In this document: positions 1 through 12,471 of the stretch, in pieces | How positions within the stretch are numbered: the first letter of the stretch is position 1 | Layout: every line of letters starts with the position of its first letter | Source of the DNA: an uncultured SAR86 cluster bacterium | Lineage (GTDB): Bacteria; Pseudomonadota; Gammaproteobacteria; Magnimaribacterales; D2472 | Direction: 5' to 3' | Length of the DNA: 64,000 nt | Assembly (NCBI GenBank): GCA_902541175.1 | Contig: CACBPP010000003.1 | Span: 9,765 to 73,764 of the forward strand | Translations under genes and position numbers: made by a program | Notes under the pieces: generated by a model | Seen by the model: only the letters and a program-made list of their open reading frames with translations | Databases searched by the model: none | What the model was told of the DNA's origin: nothing

Positions 1-827
1 AGATCTTTTAATATTGATTCAAATTCAAATTTGAGACTGTCTTCAGTTGACTTAGTTGAAAATCTAAAATTAAATGTTAAATCGAGTTCACCCGGCACTA
101 CATTATGCGCCCCAGTACCTGAGCTTATATTAGATATCTGAAAACTTGTGGGATCAAAAGCTTCATTTCCATCATCCCAAACTTTGTTTTTTAATTTTGA
201 AATTAAATCGCCTGATAATAATATTGGGTTAATAACTTTTTCAGGATAAGCAACATGTCCTTGTTTGCCGAAAATTTTTAGGGAACCACCCAAGGAGCCT
301 CGTCTGCCAATTCTTGCACAATCTGCGACTTTTTCACTTGAAGTAGGCTCACCAACTAAACAAAAATCAATAATTTCATTATCTTCAATCATTTTTTCAA
401 TAATTTTGTCAATAAACCCATCTTTTGATGTACCTTCTTCATTTGAGGTGAGCAAGATAGCTAATTTAAAATTTAGTTTTTCATTTTTATTAATAAAATC
501 TTTTGCTGCCTCAACGAAAGCAGCTACTGAGGATTTCATATCTGCAGCGCCCCTACCATACAACACATCTCCTTCAATTGTCGCTGAGAAGGGGGGATAG
601 CTCCACTTTTCCTCAGGCCCACTAGGAACAACATCGGTATGGCCTAAATAACAAAAAAGCTTTCCAGAATTTCCTATAGTTGCATAGAGATTTTCAACAT
701 TTTGATAATTAATTCTTTCGCATTTGAAATTAAGTTTCTTTAATTCATTCTCTATAAGATCAAAGCAACCCATATCAGATGGAGATATGGACTTGATTCG
801 TATTAGTTTTTGAAGAAGTTCAATCAT
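1..827 (-). CDS. dapE: succinyl-diaminopimelate desuccinylase, N-terminal part (3' end runs off the window start)
   Basis: Absent from the ORF track because there is no stop inside the window. Hand translation of the minus strand from ATG (827..825) gives MIELLQKLIRIKSISPSDMGCFDLI...YLGHTDVVPSGP...LYGRGAADMKSSVAAF...SNEEG, the M20/DapE pattern. The start overlaps the dapD stop by 8 nt. Confidence 0.85.
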   Translation of the reverse strand, partial: MIELLQKLIRIKSISPSDMGCFDLIENELKKLNFKCERINYQNVENLYATIGNSGKLFCYLGHTDVVPSGPEEKWSYPPFSATIEGDVLYGRGAADMKSSVAAFVEAAKDFINKNEKLNFKLAILLTSNEEGTSKDGFIDKIIEKMIEDNEIIDFCLVGEPTSSEKVADCARIGRRGSLGGSLKIFGKQGHVAYPEKVINPILLSGDLISKLKNKVWDDGNEAFDPTSFQISNISSGTGAHNVVPGELDLTFNFRFSTKSTEDSLKFEFESILKD

Positions 828-1734
828 TTTTATGAAGTATTTTATTTAAAGAAGATTTAGATTTGTTTATTTTTGCAACTACTTTTCCAGATAAAGAATC
901 GCGCATGTATAGAAGGTTTGATTTGCCAGATAGTTCTCTAGCCTTAAGAATGATCTCTTTATTATCATCCCTATCAATTACATTTATCTTAGTGCCCGCA
1001 GTAACATATAATCCAGCCTCAACTATGCAGTTATCACCCAAGGAAATCCCAATTCCAGAATTTGCACCTAAAAGACAATTTTTACCGACAGAAATTTTAG
1101 TATCATTTCCTCCTGATAAAGTTCCCATTGTGCTTGAGCCTCCACCAAGATCAGAATTATCGCCAATAACTACTCCTGCAGATATCCTTCCTTCGATCAT
1201 AGCTTTACCTAGAGTTCCTGCATTAAAGTTTACAAAACCTTCATGCATTATTGTTGTTCCCTCACTTAGGTATGCTCCAAGCCTTACTCTACTTGCATCA
1301 GCTATTCTAACTTTCTTAGGAATAATATAATCCGTTAGACATGGAAATTTATCTAGTGACCTGATAAATAAATCATTATTTCCACATTTTGACTCATTTA
1401 ATTTTCCTTCCATTTCATTAATTGAAATTGGCCCTTTGTTTGTCCATACCACATTTGGTAAGCATTCAAATAATCCATCTAAATTAATGGTATTTGGCAA
1501 AACAAACTTATTTGATATTAAATGCAGTTTAAAATACGCGTCAGAAATTTTATTTATTGGTTTATCAAGATCATTTTTTGTCCATTCAAATTTTATTATT
1601 TCTTGAGTACCTGAATTAATTTGAAGGATTTTATAATCAGTTTTTTGTTCACCAAATTCTATGTTTGGGAAATATACGTCAAGCATTTGACCTGACTGCG
1701 AAATAGTAGCAATACCTTCTCCATAGATCTTCAT
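820..1734 (-). CDS. dapD: 2,3,4,5-tetrahydropyridine-2,6-dicarboxylate N-succinyltransferase
   Basis: 304-aa ORF with a left-handed beta-helix hexapeptide-repeat C-terminal half (GAYLSEGTTIMHEGFVNFNAGTLG..., GVVIGDNSDLGGGSS). Lies in a dapD-glnD-map neighbourhood as in E. coli. Confidence 0.9.
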   Translation of the reverse strand: MKIYGEGIATISQSGQMLDVYFPNIEFGEQKTDYKILQINSGTQEIIKFEWTKNDLDKPINKISDAYFKLHLISNKFVLPNTINLDGLFECLPNVVWTNKGPISINEMEGKLNESKCGNNDLFIRSLDKFPCLTDYIIPKKVRIADASRVRLGAYLSEGTTIMHEGFVNFNAGTLGKAMIEGRISAGVVIGDNSDLGGGSSTMGTLSGGNDTKISVGKNCLLGANSGIGISLGDNCIVEAGLYVTAGTKINVIDRDDNKEIILKARELSGKSNLLYMRDSLSGKVVAKINKSKSSLNKILHKND

Positions 1735-1737
1735 GTT

Positions 1738-4248
1738 TTAAATCACTTTTTTTAATTCTGAAATAATTTTCTTAATCTTATAACTTGGTACCAATTTATT
1801 GTTGAAATTTTCAATTTCAAAAGTATCCTCAACTCTCTCACCTAGAGTATTAATTCTTGCAGAGTAAATTGAAACCTTATTTTCAAGAAATACCTTAGCA
1901 ATATTAGCTAGCAAGCCCGAACTGTCAACTGTTTCAATAGTTATTAAATTTCTATTTTTATCAAAATTAATAGATTCATTAATTTTTATATTTTTTTCAA
2001 ATCTTGTATTTTTTTTCTTAAGTGATTGCATCTTAGAGATCCCATCTTCTTTATTGAAATTTTTTTCAATCTTTGTACAAAGCTCAGTTAACTCAGATTT
2101 ATTTAGGACTCTATCTTGTCGTGAATATTTTGTAATAAAAGTATTTGCTGCAAGTTTATTATTTTCAGATGAAAAAATATTTGCATCTATTATTTCAAGA
2201 CCGCTATGCTCAAGTATCTTTACTGATTTATAGAAAAGTCCTGGCGAATCTTCAACCTTAATAAATATTTCAATAAGATCATCAAATTTTCTTTTACACC
2301 CAACAATAAGTTTATTATTTTTATTTTTTATAATTAACTCTGACTGCCATATAAGAGACTTTGATGAATGTTTATTGAAGTAACTGTCTTCAAAATTTTT
2401 AAAATGTTTCTTTATTAACAGCTTTTCATCTTTATCTTTAAAATTATTAATAACATTTTTTTGTCTATCAAGAGATATTTGAGAAGATGCCTTTAAGGGC
2501 TCCTTATTAATCTTTGATCTTGTAAGTAAATAAAGATCTCGCAATAATTGATGCTTCCAACCATTCCATAATGCAGGATTTGTTGCTCTAATATCATTGA
2601 TTGTAAGCAGATATAAATAGTTAAGTTTTTCATCTTGCTTAACCTCTGCTAAAAATTCACTAACTGTATTTGGATCGGCAATATCTTTTTTTTGAGATAT
2701 GGATGACATTATTAGATGTTTTTTAACAAGCCAAGATATCAAACTTGCATCTGTAACAGACATTCCTAGTCTTTTTGCAAATCTGAAACTTGATTTTGCA
2801 CCAATTTCTGAGTGATTTCCTCCTTTGCCTTTGCCAAGATCATGAAATAAACCTGCAATATAAAGAATTTCTATTTTTGGTAATTTATTTATTAATTCAT
2901 GCTCTAACTCAAACCCAGGTTGCTTGCTTAATTTCATTTGCCTCATGTTTCTAACAACTTTAAATGTATGTTCATCCACTGTGTAAACATGAAATAAATC
3001 AAATTGCATTTGACCTATAACACTATCAAACTCAGGAATATACTTTTGCAATACTCCTAACGATTTCATTGTTCTAAGTATTGAGGATAGATTGTATTTA
3101 GATTGGAGTATTTCTAAAAATTGAGTGGCATAGTGCTCGTTTTTTCTGAACTCCTTATCAATTAAACTTATATTTTTTCTAATTAGAGACTTAGTTTCAG
3201 TATCAATCGAATTTATAATTTTGCTCTTGCCAATTTCAATAAATATTTCAAATATCAAGCTTTTATTATTTTTAAGGTTAATATTTTGAATACCAATTTT
3301 ATTTTTATATTTGTGAATACCTTCAATTTTTTTAAAAAAACTCTTTCTGGGATACTTTTCATTATATTTTTCGTAAACAATTTCATTGAAATATGAGAGT
3401 GAAGAAGCCATTTCATAAAATCTTTTCATCATCATTTCTACAGACTTCTTTGTAGTTCTTTTGCCCAGTTTTGCTTTTTTAGAAATTTCAACCTGAGCTT
3501 CAAAATCTAATCTATTTTTATTTGTGGATATGTTAGTAGCAAATCTTAAAGATTTGATAAAGTTATATGCATCAATTGCATTATTAAGTTCTCCATCGAA
3601 TATTCTCGACTTTGAAATTTCATTAACTGATTTCAAATCAAAACAATGCTGAAGAATCCATAATGCAGATTGAAAATCTCTCAGTGTTCCAGGAGATTCT
3701 TTTAAATCAGGCTCTAAATTATAAGCTGTAGAAAAAAATTCACTATGTCGCCGTTGTTGCTCAACATATTTTGCATTATAGAAATTATTTTTAGTCCAAA
3801 GTGTTGATAAAGCATAATTAATTTTTTTATCCATTTCATTTGTTGAAATGATAGGGCGCCTTGTTAAATAAGACGTATATTCTTTTAAATCTGATTTTGA
3901 TATTTTTTTAATGTCTGAAATTGTTCTAACGGAATGACCAACCTTATATCCTTGATCCCATAAAAAAGAAATAAATTCTTCAAGGTTTTTAAAATCTTTT
4001 GGTTTATTTTTTTCCACAATTGATATGTCAATATCAGATATTGGAAAAATTTCTTTTCTACCAAAACCCCCGTTGGCATATATAACGAAATTTTTATCAA
4101 GTTTTAGTTCTAGAAATTTATTTTTAATTTCTTTTTCAACTTCATTGGTATATTTCTTAAGAAATTTATTAACCTTTGATGGTTTTAAATAAATTTCTGG
4201 AAAGTTTTTATAGAATTCATTATTAATTCTTGAAACCTTATCTTTCAT
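1738..4248 (-). CDS. glnD: bifunctional [protein-PII] uridylyltransferase/uridylyl-removing enzyme
   Basis: 836 aa. N-terminal nucleotidyltransferase motif GGFGRKEIFPISDIDI, HD domain (FHDLGKG) and C-terminal ACT-like repeats. The ATG shares 1 nt with the map stop (TAATG). Confidence 0.9.
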   Translation of the reverse strand: MKDKVSRINNEFYKNFPEIYLKPSKVNKFLKKYTNEVEKEIKNKFLELKLDKNFVIYANGGFGRKEIFPISDIDISIVEKNKPKDFKNLEEFISFLWDQGYKVGHSVRTISDIKKISKSDLKEYTSYLTRRPIISTNEMDKKINYALSTLWTKNNFYNAKYVEQQRRHSEFFSTAYNLEPDLKESPGTLRDFQSALWILQHCFDLKSVNEISKSRIFDGELNNAIDAYNFIKSLRFATNISTNKNRLDFEAQVEISKKAKLGKRTTKKSVEMMMKRFYEMASSLSYFNEIVYEKYNEKYPRKSFFKKIEGIHKYKNKIGIQNINLKNNKSLIFEIFIEIGKSKIINSIDTETKSLIRKNISLIDKEFRKNEHYATQFLEILQSKYNLSSILRTMKSLGVLQKYIPEFDSVIGQMQFDLFHVYTVDEHTFKVVRNMRQMKLSKQPGFELEHELINKLPKIEILYIAGLFHDLGKGKGGNHSEIGAKSSFRFAKRLGMSVTDASLISWLVKKHLIMSSISQKKDIADPNTVSEFLAEVKQDEKLNYLYLLTINDIRATNPALWNGWKHQLLRDLYLLTRSKINKEPLKASSQISLDRQKNVINNFKDKDEKLLIKKHFKNFEDSYFNKHSSKSLIWQSELIIKNKNNKLIVGCKRKFDDLIEIFIKVEDSPGLFYKSVKILEHSGLEIIDANIFSSENNKLAANTFITKYSRQDRVLNKSELTELCTKIEKNFNKEDGISKMQSLKKKNTRFEKNIKINESINFDKNRNLITIETVDSSGLLANIAKVFLENKVSIYSARINTLGERVEDTFEIENFNNKLVPSYKIKKIISELKKVI

Positions 4249-5015
4249 TAAAATTCGTCATTTCTTTTTGTTAAAATTTCTGAACCAGTTTTGGTCACTG
4301 CAATAGTATGCTCCCATTGAGCAGAGTTTCTTCCATCTTTAGTTTCCACAGTCCATCCATCATTAAGAGTTTTGCAGTATTTTTTACCTTGATTAATCAT
4401 TGGCTCTATAGTGAAACACATGCCTTCTTTTAGCTGTATACCTGTTCCAGGCTTTCCATAGTGAAGGATCTGAGGTTCTTCATGATAAATTTTTCCGATA
4501 CCGTGACCGCAGTAGTCCTCAACAACACTATAGTAATTTCTTTCGGCATGTTTTTGGATGGCATTTCCAATGTCTCCAAGATATGCGCCTGGTTTTACAG
4601 CCTCGATACCTTTGTAAAGACATTCTTGCGTGATTTGAACTAATCTTTGGTTATGTGGAGCACATTTACCAACAAGAAACATCTTTGATGTATCTCCATG
4701 CCATCCATCTTTTATAACTGTCACATCAATATTAAGAATATCTCCATCTTTAAGGAATTTTTCACTGTTAGGTATTCCATGACAAATAACCTGATTTATG
4801 CTCGAACAAATAGTTTTTTCATATCCTTTGTATCCAACATTTGCTGGTATGGCGTTTTGAACATTAACAATGTGATCATAACAAAGCTTATCAAGCTCAC
4901 CAGTAGAAACTCCAGGTTTGACGAAGGGGGTAATCATTTCAAGAACTTCAGCTGCTAATTTGCCAGCTATTCTCATTTTTTCAATTTCCTCAAAATTTTT
5001 TATCGAAATATTCAT
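4248..5015 (-). CDS. map: type I methionine aminopeptidase
   Basis: 255 aa with typical MetAP motifs (ICHGIP, DVTVIKDGWHGDTS, GHGIG, EPM, WEHT). Confidence 0.95.
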   Translation of the reverse strand: MNISIKNFEEIEKMRIAGKLAAEVLEMITPFVKPGVSTGELDKLCYDHIVNVQNAIPANVGYKGYEKTICSSINQVICHGIPNSEKFLKDGDILNIDVTVIKDGWHGDTSKMFLVGKCAPHNQRLVQITQECLYKGIEAVKPGAYLGDIGNAIQKHAERNYYSVVEDYCGHGIGKIYHEEPQILHYGKPGTGIQLKEGMCFTIEPMINQGKKYCKTLNDGWTVETKDGRNSAQWEHTIAVTKTGSEILTKRNDEF

Positions 5016-5168
5016 TTTTTTTCATTTTTGTATAGACATTAGATAACTTAATCTATAAAGTACAATTTTAATGTCAGCCTATAATTTTAGCTCATTAAAA
5101 CAAAAAAATTCTTTAAATAGTATCCCTAAAATTTTCTCTAAATTTAATCTTTCTAAGGTGCAATTCTA

Positions 5169-6290
5169 ATGTCATTCAAAGCCATATTAGCATTTGAAGA
5201 CGGTAGTGTATTCCATGGAAAGGGGTTTGGGAAAGAAAAATATGATGTTGGTGAGCTTGTATTTAATACATCTATGACAGGCTACCAAGAAATTGTTACA
5301 GATCCCTCATACAAAAAACAAATAATTACTTTCACACATCCACATATTGGAAATACTGGTGTAAATAAGGAAGATAATGAATCAAAAATTATTCATGCCT
5401 CAGGAATGGTAGTTAAAAACTTTTGTGACAAACCAAGTAATTGGAGGTCAAAATCCACTTTAGGCGAATTTTTAGAAAAAAATGAAGTTATAGGGATATC
5501 AGAAGTTGATACAAGGGAAATAACAACAATTTTAAGAGAAAAAGGAGCAATGAATTGTTGTATTGCATCGCTTTCAGTAATTTCTGATAAAGAAGCTGTT
5601 GCAAAAGCAAAGGCATTTGTAGGTCTAAAAGGAATGGATTTAGCAAAAGTTGTCTCCACAGATAAAGAATATAAATGGAATGAGGGAGTTTGGCCTGAGA
5701 ATAATAAATTTAATGATGAATATCCTGTAATAGCATACGACTATGGCATTAAAGAGAATATATTAAGACTTTTATGTGAGCACGTTGGATCTGTAAAAGT
5801 TGTAAATGCCAAAACTCCATTCGAAGAAATTATTAAATATAATCCAAAAGGTATATTTTTATCTAATGGTCCGGGAGATCCTGAGCCTTGTGATTATGCT
5901 ATAGAAAACATTAAAAAATTTCTTGAAAATAAGATTCCAATTTTTGGTATCTGTCTTGGTCATCAATTATTAGCTCTTGCTGGTGGGGCCAATACTTACA
6001 AAATGAAATTTGGTCATCATGGTGCAAATCACCCTGTTCAAGACATGGCTTCCAAAGATGTTTTTATTACTAGCCAAAATCATGGCTTCGCAGTAGATGA
6101 AAACACTTTACCTAAAAATATTAAAGTTACTCATGTATCTTTATTTGATAAATCACTTCAAGGCATTGAATTTATTGATAGGCCAGCATTTAGTTTCCAA
6201 GGACATCCTGAGGCAAGTCCTGGCCCTCAAGAGATACAAATACTTTTTGAAAAATTCAGTTCTATGGTAAAAGAGTATGCCAAAACGTAA
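5169..6290 (+). CDS. carA: carbamoyl-phosphate synthase small (glutaminase) subunit
   Basis: 373 aa. Class I amidotransferase motif GICLGHQLL and [16 protein letters not shown] upstream. Overlaps carB by 14 nt. Confidence 0.95.
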   Translation: MSFKAILAFEDGSVFHGKGFGKEKYDVGELVFNTSMTGYQEIVTDPSYKKQIITFTHPHIGNTGVNKEDNESKIIHASGMVVKNFCDKPSNWRSKSTLGEFLEKNEVIGISEVDTREITTILREKGAMNCCIASLSVISDKEAVAKAKAFVGLKGMDLAKVVSTDKEYKWNEGVWPENNKFNDEYPVIAYDYGIKENILRLLCEHVGSVKVVNAKTPFEEIIKYNPKGIFLSNGPGDPEPCDYAIENIKKFLENKIPIFGICLGHQLLALAGGANTYKMKFGHHGANHPVQDMASKDVFITSQNHGFAVDENTLPKNIKVTHVSLFDKSLQGIEFIDRPAFSFQGHPEASPGPQEIQILFEKFSSMVKEYAKT

Positions 6291-9200
6291 AGATATTTCT
6301 TCAATTTTAATAATAGGTGCGGGTCCAATCATTATTGGGCAAGCATGTGAATTTGATTATTCTGGTGCACAAGCATGCAAAGCGCTCAAAGAAGAAGGTT
6401 TTAGAGTAATTTTAGTTAATTCTAATCCCGCAACTATAATGACTGATCCACTCTTAGCTGATGCAACATATATTGAACCAATTCATTGGGAATCTGTTGA
6501 AAAAATAATTGAGAAGGAAAAGCCAGATGCAATCTTACCAACCATGGGAGGACAAACTGCTTTAAACACCGCCTTAACTTTAGATAAAAAAGGCGTACTT
6601 AAGAAACATAATGTTATCTTAATTGGGGCGAATAGAACTGCAATTGATAAAGCAGAAGATAGGCAGCTATTTGATGAAACTATGCAGTCAATTAATTTGG
6701 AAACACCTGCGTCTGGTATTGCTCATTCAATGAGTGATGCATTAGAAGTTCAAAAAAAAATAGGATTTCCTTGCATCATAAGACCTTCATTTACTATGGG
6801 TGGAACTGGTGGGGGGATTGCTTATAACATTTCAGAGTTTAAATCTATATGTGAGAAAGGGCTCGAATTATCACCAACAAATGAACTTTTAATTGATGAG
6901 TCTTTAATTGGATGGAAAGAGTATGAAATGGAAGTTGTTAGAGATTGTGAGGATAATTGCATAATCGTTTGCTCAATCGAAAACTTAGATCCTATGGGAA
7001 TCCATACTGGAGACTCAACAACCATCGCACCTGCTCAGACTCTTACCGATAAAGAATATCAGATCATGAGGAATGCATCTTTTAAAATTTTAAGAGAAAT
7101 CGGTGTAGATACCGGTGGGTCAAATGTTCAATTTGCAATTAATCCAGATAATGGAAAAATGGTAGTAATCGAGATGAATCCTAGGGTGAGCAGGTCCTCT
7201 GCTCTAGCATCAAAAGCAACCGGATTTCCAATTGCAAAAGTTGCAGCGCTTTTATCTGTAGGATATACCCTTGATGAGCTAAAGAATGATATTACAGGAG
7301 GATTAACTCCAGCATCTTTTGAACCAAGTATTGACTATATCGTTACAAAAATACCTAAATTTGCTTTTGAAAAGTTTCCTCAGGCAAGTCCAAAACTTAC
7401 AACACAAATGAAGTCAGTTGGAGAGGTGATGTCTATTGGATCAAACTTTCAAGAATCATTTCAAAAAGCTCTATGTAGTATGGAAGAGGGATTAAATGGA
7501 TTAAACTCATTACAAAACAATGGATCTTTTCCATCAGACAACGAAATAAAAAGTGAGTTAACAATTCCAGGCCCAAAAAGAATTTTTTATGTGGCTGATG
7601 CAATGCGAAAAGGTTGGGATCTAAACAAAATATATTCACTGACAAAAATCGATTATTGGTTCTTAGATCAAATTAAGGAATTAATTGATATTGAAAATGA
7701 TTTAAAAGAAACTAATATTTCAAATCTATCCAAAGAGTATTTACAAAATATTAAAGAGAAAGGATTTTCTGATAATAGAATAGCTGAGTTGCTTGATACA
7801 GATGAATCAAAAATCAGGCAAATCAGGAAAAAAAATAATGTAATGCCAACTTTTAGAAGAGTTGATACTTGTGCAGCAGAATTTGCTACATCAACATGCT
7901 ACATGTATTCATCTTATGGAGGTAGTTGTGAGAGCAACCCTTCCAAAAATAAGAAAATTCTTGTACTTGGGAGTGGCCCTAATAGAATTGGTCAAGGAAT
8001 TGAGTTTGATTACTGTTGCGTTCATGCTTCTATGGCGATGCAGGAAGAGGGATATGAATCAATAATGGTGAATTGTAACCCTGAAACTGTATCAACTGAC
8101 TATGATGTTTCTAACAGGCTGTATTTTGAGCCAATCACTGCGGAAAAGATCTTGGATATCATTGATATTGAGAAACCGGAAGGGGTTGTTATTCAGTTTG
8201 GAGGCCAAACACCTTTGAAACTTGCAGATATTTTATCTGAAAATGGAGTAAATATTTTAGGTACAAACGTTGATGCAATCGATAGGTCTGAAGATAGAGA
8301 AAGATTTCAAGAGTTAGTAAATAAATTAAATTTAAAACAGCCCTCAAACGCTACTGCAAAAAACGTTGAGGAAGCACTAGCAAAAGCTGATGAAATTGGA
8401 TTTCCAATTGTTGTAAGGCCATCTTATGTATTAGGTGGAAGAGCAATGCAGCTCGTAAATAATTTAAAAGAGCTTAATCAGTACTTAAATGAAGCTGTAG
8501 AAGTATCTAATAGTAAACCCATTCTTTTAGATAGTTATCTCACAGACGCTATCGAAGTTGATGTAGATGTTGTATCAGATGGAAAAAATATTGAAATTGG
8601 CGGTATATTACAACATATTGAACAAGCTGGAATTCACTCTGGAGATTCGGCATGTTCTCTGCCACCCTATAGTTTATCAAGTAAAGTTCAAGACGTTATG
8701 AAAGATCAAGCTATTGATATAGCAAAAGAATTAAAAGTTATAGGATTAATGAATATTCAATACGCTGTGAAGGACGAAAATGTTTTTATTATTGAAGTTA
8801 ATCCTCGAGCATCAAGGACTGTTCCCTTTATTTCTAAAGCGATAGGTCACTCACTTGCAAAAGTAGCATCTAAAGCAATGATTGGCAAAAGTTTAGTAGA
8901 GCAAAAATTTTCCTCTCAACTTCCAAAAGATCTTTCTTTTGTAAAAGAAGCTGTGATGCCATTTGATAAATTCCCTCATGTTGATCCTATTCTTGGTCCT
9001 GAAATGAAATCAACCGGTGAAGTTATGGGCATTGGTCCAAATTTTGGTGAGGCATATGCAAAAGCTCAAAAAGGAGCTAACAAGATTCTTAGACGATCTG
9101 GTGTGGTATTTATAAGTGTTAAAGCGTCAGATAAAAAATATCTTGATAAATTTGTACCTGAAATAATAAATGCTGGATTTGAAATTGTTGCAACATCTGG

Positions 9201-9489
9201 AACATCAGAATATATTCAAAAACTTGGTTTTAATGTAAAGACTATTAATAAGGTAACTGAGGGAAGGCCACATATTGTAGATAGCTTGCTTAATAATGAT
9301 ATTGATTTGGTTATTAACACAACAGAAGGAACACAATCAATTGAAGACTCAGCATCAATAAGACAAAGTGCGTTAAGAAACAAAATTTTCTGTACAACAA
9401 CAATGTTTGGTGCGTTTGCAATTATCGATGCATTTAAAAGCAAAGAAGAAAATTGGACTTACAGCACGTTACAAGAAATAAATAACTGA
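6277..9489 (+). CDS. carB: carbamoyl-phosphate synthase large subunit
   Basis: 1070 aa with duplicated ATP-grasp halves ([19 protein letters not shown]... and [18 protein letters not shown]...) and a C-terminal MGS-like domain. Confidence 0.97.
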   Translation: MPKRKDISSILIIGAGPIIIGQACEFDYSGAQACKALKEEGFRVILVNSNPATIMTDPLLADATYIEPIHWESVEKIIEKEKPDAILPTMGGQTALNTALTLDKKGVLKKHNVILIGANRTAIDKAEDRQLFDETMQSINLETPASGIAHSMSDALEVQKKIGFPCIIRPSFTMGGTGGGIAYNISEFKSICEKGLELSPTNELLIDESLIGWKEYEMEVVRDCEDNCIIVCSIENLDPMGIHTGDSTTIAPAQTLTDKEYQIMRNASFKILREIGVDTGGSNVQFAINPDNGKMVVIEMNPRVSRSSALASKATGFPIAKVAALLSVGYTLDELKNDITGGLTPASFEPSIDYIVTKIPKFAFEKFPQASPKLTTQMKSVGEVMSIGSNFQESFQKALCSMEEGLNGLNSLQNNGSFPSDNEIKSELTIPGPKRIFYVADAMRKGWDLNKIYSLTKIDYWFLDQIKELIDIENDLKETNISNLSKEYLQNIKEKGFSDNRIAELLDTDESKIRQIRKKNNVMPTFRRVDTCAAEFATSTCYMYSSYGGSCESNPSKNKKILVLGSGPNRIGQGIEFDYCCVHASMAMQEEGYESIMVNCNPETVSTDYDVSNRLYFEPITAEKILDIIDIEKPEGVVIQFGGQTPLKLADILSENGVNILGTNVDAIDRSEDRERFQELVNKLNLKQPSNATAKNVEEALAKADEIGFPIVVRPSYVLGGRAMQLVNNLKELNQYLNEAVEVSNSKPILLDSYLTDAIEVDVDVVSDGKNIEIGGILQHIEQAGIHSGDSACSLPPYSLSSKVQDVMKDQAIDIAKELKVIGLMNIQYAVKDENVFIIEVNPRASRTVPFISKAIGHSLAKVASKAMIGKSLVEQKFSSQLPKDLSFVKEAVMPFDKFPHVDPILGPEMKSTGEVMGIGPNFGEAYAKAQKGANKILRRSGVVFISVKASDKKYLDKFVPEIINAGFEIVATSGTSEYIQKLGFNVKTINKVTEGRPHIVDSLLNNDIDLVINTTEGTQSIEDSASIRQSALRNKIFCTTTMFGAFAIIDAFKSKEENWTYSTLQEINN

Positions 9490-9515
9490 TTCATTAAAAT
9501 TGATATAATGCTTGC

Positions 9516-9992
9516 ATGAGCAGAGTACCTATTACCAAAGATGGAGAGATTTCTATAAAAGAAAAGCTTTCAAATCTTAAGTTTGTTGAAAGACCTCAGA
9601 TATCTCAAGCTATTGCTGAAGCAAGAGCACATGGAGATCTTAAAGAGAATGCTGAGTATCATGCTGCAAAAGAATTACAGGGTTTAGTAGAGGCCAAGAT
9701 AAGTGAAATGGAAAGTGCATTAGCTAATGCTCAAGTAATTGATGTAAAAGAAATTCCTGAAACTGGTAGAGTTATTTTTGGTTCTACAATTAAAGTTTAT
9801 GACATCGAGCAAGATAATGAAGTCGTTTATAAAATTGTTGGGAATCTTGAATCTGATCCTGAAAAAGGTCACATATCAATTGATACACCAATTGCAAAAG
9901 GATTGGTTGGTAAGTTTGTTGATGACGAAATTAAGATTAATACTCCGTCAGGTGACCTTCACTACGAAATCATAGAAGTTAAACACATCTAA
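9516..9992 (+). CDS. greA: transcription elongation factor GreA
   Basis: 158 aa with coiled-coil N-terminal motif AEARAHGDLKENAEYHAAKE and a C-terminal FKBP-like domain. Confidence 0.93.
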   Translation: MSRVPITKDGEISIKEKLSNLKFVERPQISQAIAEARAHGDLKENAEYHAAKELQGLVEAKISEMESALANAQVIDVKEIPETGRVIFGSTIKVYDIEQDNEVVYKIVGNLESDPEKGHISIDTPIAKGLVGKFVDDEIKINTPSGDLHYEIIEVKHI

Positions 9993-9996
9993 CTGT

Positions 9997-10557
9997 ATGC
10001 ATGCAGACAATTGGGCTCAAAAGGCAAAAGAAAAGGGTTATCGTTCAAGAGCTGTCTTTAAATTAGAAGAAATTTTAAAAAAAACAAAAATAACGAATTA
10101 CTCAGATGTTCTTGATCTTGGGTCTTCTCCAGGAGGATGGTCAGAATATATAATCAAAAAATATCCAACCTCAAAAGTTTATGCAATTGATATTATAGAT
10201 ATGGAACCAATAGACGGAGTTACTTTTTTCAAAGATAGTATTGAAAATTTATATAATTTAGAAGAAATATTAAAATTAAAAGGTTGTTTTAAGCTTGTAA
10301 TTTCAGATATAGCCCCAAACTTAAGTGGCATAAGTGCAGTTGATTGTGAAAATATTCTAAATTTGAATATGCTTACTGTTAAAATCGCGAGTGATTTTTT
10401 AGATTCAAGTGGCTCAATGATAATGAAAACTTTTCAAAATAATAACTTAAAAACTTTGCGAAAAAACATGGAATTATCTTTTAAGTTAGTACAAACTTAT
10501 AAGCCTGCTGCTTCAAAAAAACAATCAGGTGAAATTTACCTGTATGGAGTAAAATAA
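9997..10557 (+). CDS. rlmE: 23S rRNA (uridine2552-2'-O)-methyltransferase RlmE/FtsJ
   Basis: 186 aa. YRSRAVFKLEEI, SAM motif DLGSSPGGW and DIAPNLSG. Sits just upstream of ftsH as in other gammaproteobacteria. The N-terminus is shorter than in E. coli. Confidence 0.85.
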   Translation: MHADNWAQKAKEKGYRSRAVFKLEEILKKTKITNYSDVLDLGSSPGGWSEYIIKKYPTSKVYAIDIIDMEPIDGVTFFKDSIENLYNLEEILKLKGCFKLVISDIAPNLSGISAVDCENILNLNMLTVKIASDFLDSSGSMIMKTFQNNNLKTLRKNMELSFKLVQTYKPAASKKQSGEIYLYGVK

Positions 10558-10560
10558 GAT

Positions 10561-12471
10561 ATGAATAGTTTTATGAGAAATTTAGTTGTATGGGTGGTTC
10601 TAGGATCTCTCATGGTTTATGTTTTTAATAACATTGAGAATTCATCAGCTAGAGAACAGATAAGTTATAGCCAGTTTAAACAAGAAGTTCTATCAGATAG
10701 GGTTGCTAAGGTTGTCTATAAAGGCGATCAAATGACTATTATTGGTGATCGCTTAGATGGTTCAAAATTTGAAACTACTCATCCTATTTTTAAAAGAGAT
10801 GAAGCAGTCGAGAATGCTATTGAAGAAAATGGCATTATTGCTGTTTATGAAAAAATAGAACAACCTTCTTTATTTTCCCAATTACTTGTTGGAGCATTCC
10901 CAATAATTCTTTTACTAGCAATATTTTTCTTTTTTATGCGTCAAATGCAAGGCGGCATTTCTGGAAAGGGTGGACCTATGTCTTTTGGTCGAAGTAAGGC
11001 CAAATTAATGGAGGGTGGCAAGGTTAAAACTACATTTAAAGATGTTGCTGGTTGTGAAGAAGCTAAACAAGATGTTCAAGAACTTGTAGATTTTCTTAAA
11101 GATCCAACTAAATTCCAAAAACTTGGAGGCAAGATTCCAAGAGGTGTTTTGATGGTTGGTCCTCCTGGAACCGGTAAAACTTTAATTGCTAGGGCAGTTG
11201 CCGGAGAGGCTAAAGTCCCATTCTTTACAATTTCTGGCTCAGATTTTGTTGAAATGTTTGTTGGTGTTGGTGCATCAAGAGTAAGAGATATGTTTGATCA
11301 GGCAAAAAAACAATCTCCTTGTATTGTTTTTATTGATGAGATTGATGCTGTAGGTAGGCATAGAGGAGCAGGTCTAGGTGGCGGTCATGACGAAAGAGAA
11401 CAAACACTCAACCAATTGCTTGTTGAAATGGACGGCTTTGAAGGCAATGATGGCGTTATTGTTATAGCTGCGACCAACAGACCGGATGTTCTAGATCCAG
11501 CACTTCTAAGACCTGGAAGATTTGATAGGCAGGTAGTCGTTGATTTACCAGACATTCGTGGCAGAGAAGCAATCTTGAAAGTTCACATGAGAAAGGTTCC
11601 TCTTGCTTCAGATGTTGACCCACTTGTAATTGCTAGAGGTACTCCTGGATTTTCGGGAGCTGACCTTGCAAATTTAATTAATGAAGCAGCTCTTTTTGCA
11701 GCTAGATACTCTGATAAAAAAATTGATCAGTCGCATCTTGATTTAGCTAAAGACAAAATAATGATGGGAGCTGAAAGAAAATCAATGATATTAAGTGAGG
11801 AGCAAAAGAGAATTACAGCATATCACGAAGCTGGACATGCAATCGTTGGTAGGTTATGCCCAACTCATGATCCTGTCTATAAAGTCACCATTATTCCAAG
11901 AGGAAGAGCATTGGGAGTAACAATGTTCTTACCTGAAGAAGATACCTATATGCAAAGTAAAGAATATCTTCTTGGAAGAATAGCTACTTTATTTGGTGGC
12001 AGAATCGCTGAAAGTATCATTAATGGTAATCAGGGAATTACAACTGGAGCATCAAATGATATTGAAGTAGCAACAGGCATTGCAACAAATATGGTAACCA
12101 AATGGGGTTTCTCCGATGCACTTGGTACTATTAAATATGGTGAAGATGAAGGTAGTCCGTTTTTAGGAAGATCAGTATCAAATCCTGCGCCTATTAGAAG
12201 TGACCAAACTTCAAAATTAATAGACTCAGAAGTCAAAGCTATTATCGATTCATGCTACAAAAGAGCTGAAAAATTGTTAAAACAAAATTTAGATAAGCTC
12301 AATGTTATGGCTGATGCACTGTTAAAATATGAAACAATAGATGCTGATCAGATCGATGACATTATGGCTGGTGCCACTCCAAGAGAACCAAAGGGATGGT
12401 CAGATGATGATCAACCTAAGGGTAAGTCTTCTAAAAAAACTTCAATCAAAGGTGCTGCTGAAGAGTTATAA
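10561..12471 (+). CDS. ftsH: ATP-dependent zinc metalloprotease FtsH
   Basis: 636 aa with two N-terminal TM segments, Walker A GPPGTGKT, the AAA second region of homology, and zinc motif HEAGHA. Confidence 0.97.
   Translation: MNSFMRNLVVWVVLGSLMVYVFNNIENSSAREQISYSQFKQEVLSDRVAKVVYKGDQMTIIGDRLDGSKFETTHPIFKRDEAVENAIEENGIIAVYEKIEQPSLFSQLLVGAFPIILLLAIFFFFMRQMQGGISGKGGPMSFGRSKAKLMEGGKVKTTFKDVAGCEEAKQDVQELVDFLKDPTKFQKLGGKIPRGVLMVGPPGTGKTLIARAVAGEAKVPFFTISGSDFVEMFVGVGASRVRDMFDQAKKQSPCIVFIDEIDAVGRHRGAGLGGGHDEREQTLNQLLVEMDGFEGNDGVIVIAATNRPDVLDPALLRPGRFDRQVVVDLPDIRGREAILKVHMRKVPLASDVDPLVIARGTPGFSGADLANLINEAALFAARYSDKKIDQSHLDLAKDKIMMGAERKSMILSEEQKRITAYHEAGHAIVGRLCPTHDPVYKVTIIPRGRALGVTMFLPEEDTYMQSKEYLLGRIATLFGGRIAESIINGNQGITTGASNDIEVATGIATNMVTKWGFSDALGTIKYGEDEGSPFLGRSVSNPAPIRSDQTSKLIDSEVKAIIDSCYKRAEKLLKQNLDKLNVMADALLKYETIDADQIDDIMAGATPREPKGWSDDDQPKGKSSKKTSIKGAAEEL

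Noticed and set aside
863-1330. Long antisense ORFs inside well-conserved genes. Examples are 863..1330 opposite dapD, 16800..17171 opposite nusA, 18474..18974 opposite infB, 39796..40260 opposite mreB and 59880..60275 opposite ftsZ.
   Set aside because: Each lies entirely within a confidently identified gene on the other strand. Their translations are low-complexity Ser/Pro/Leu/Ile-rich with no recognisable motifs. This is typical shadow-frame open reading, not independent genes.
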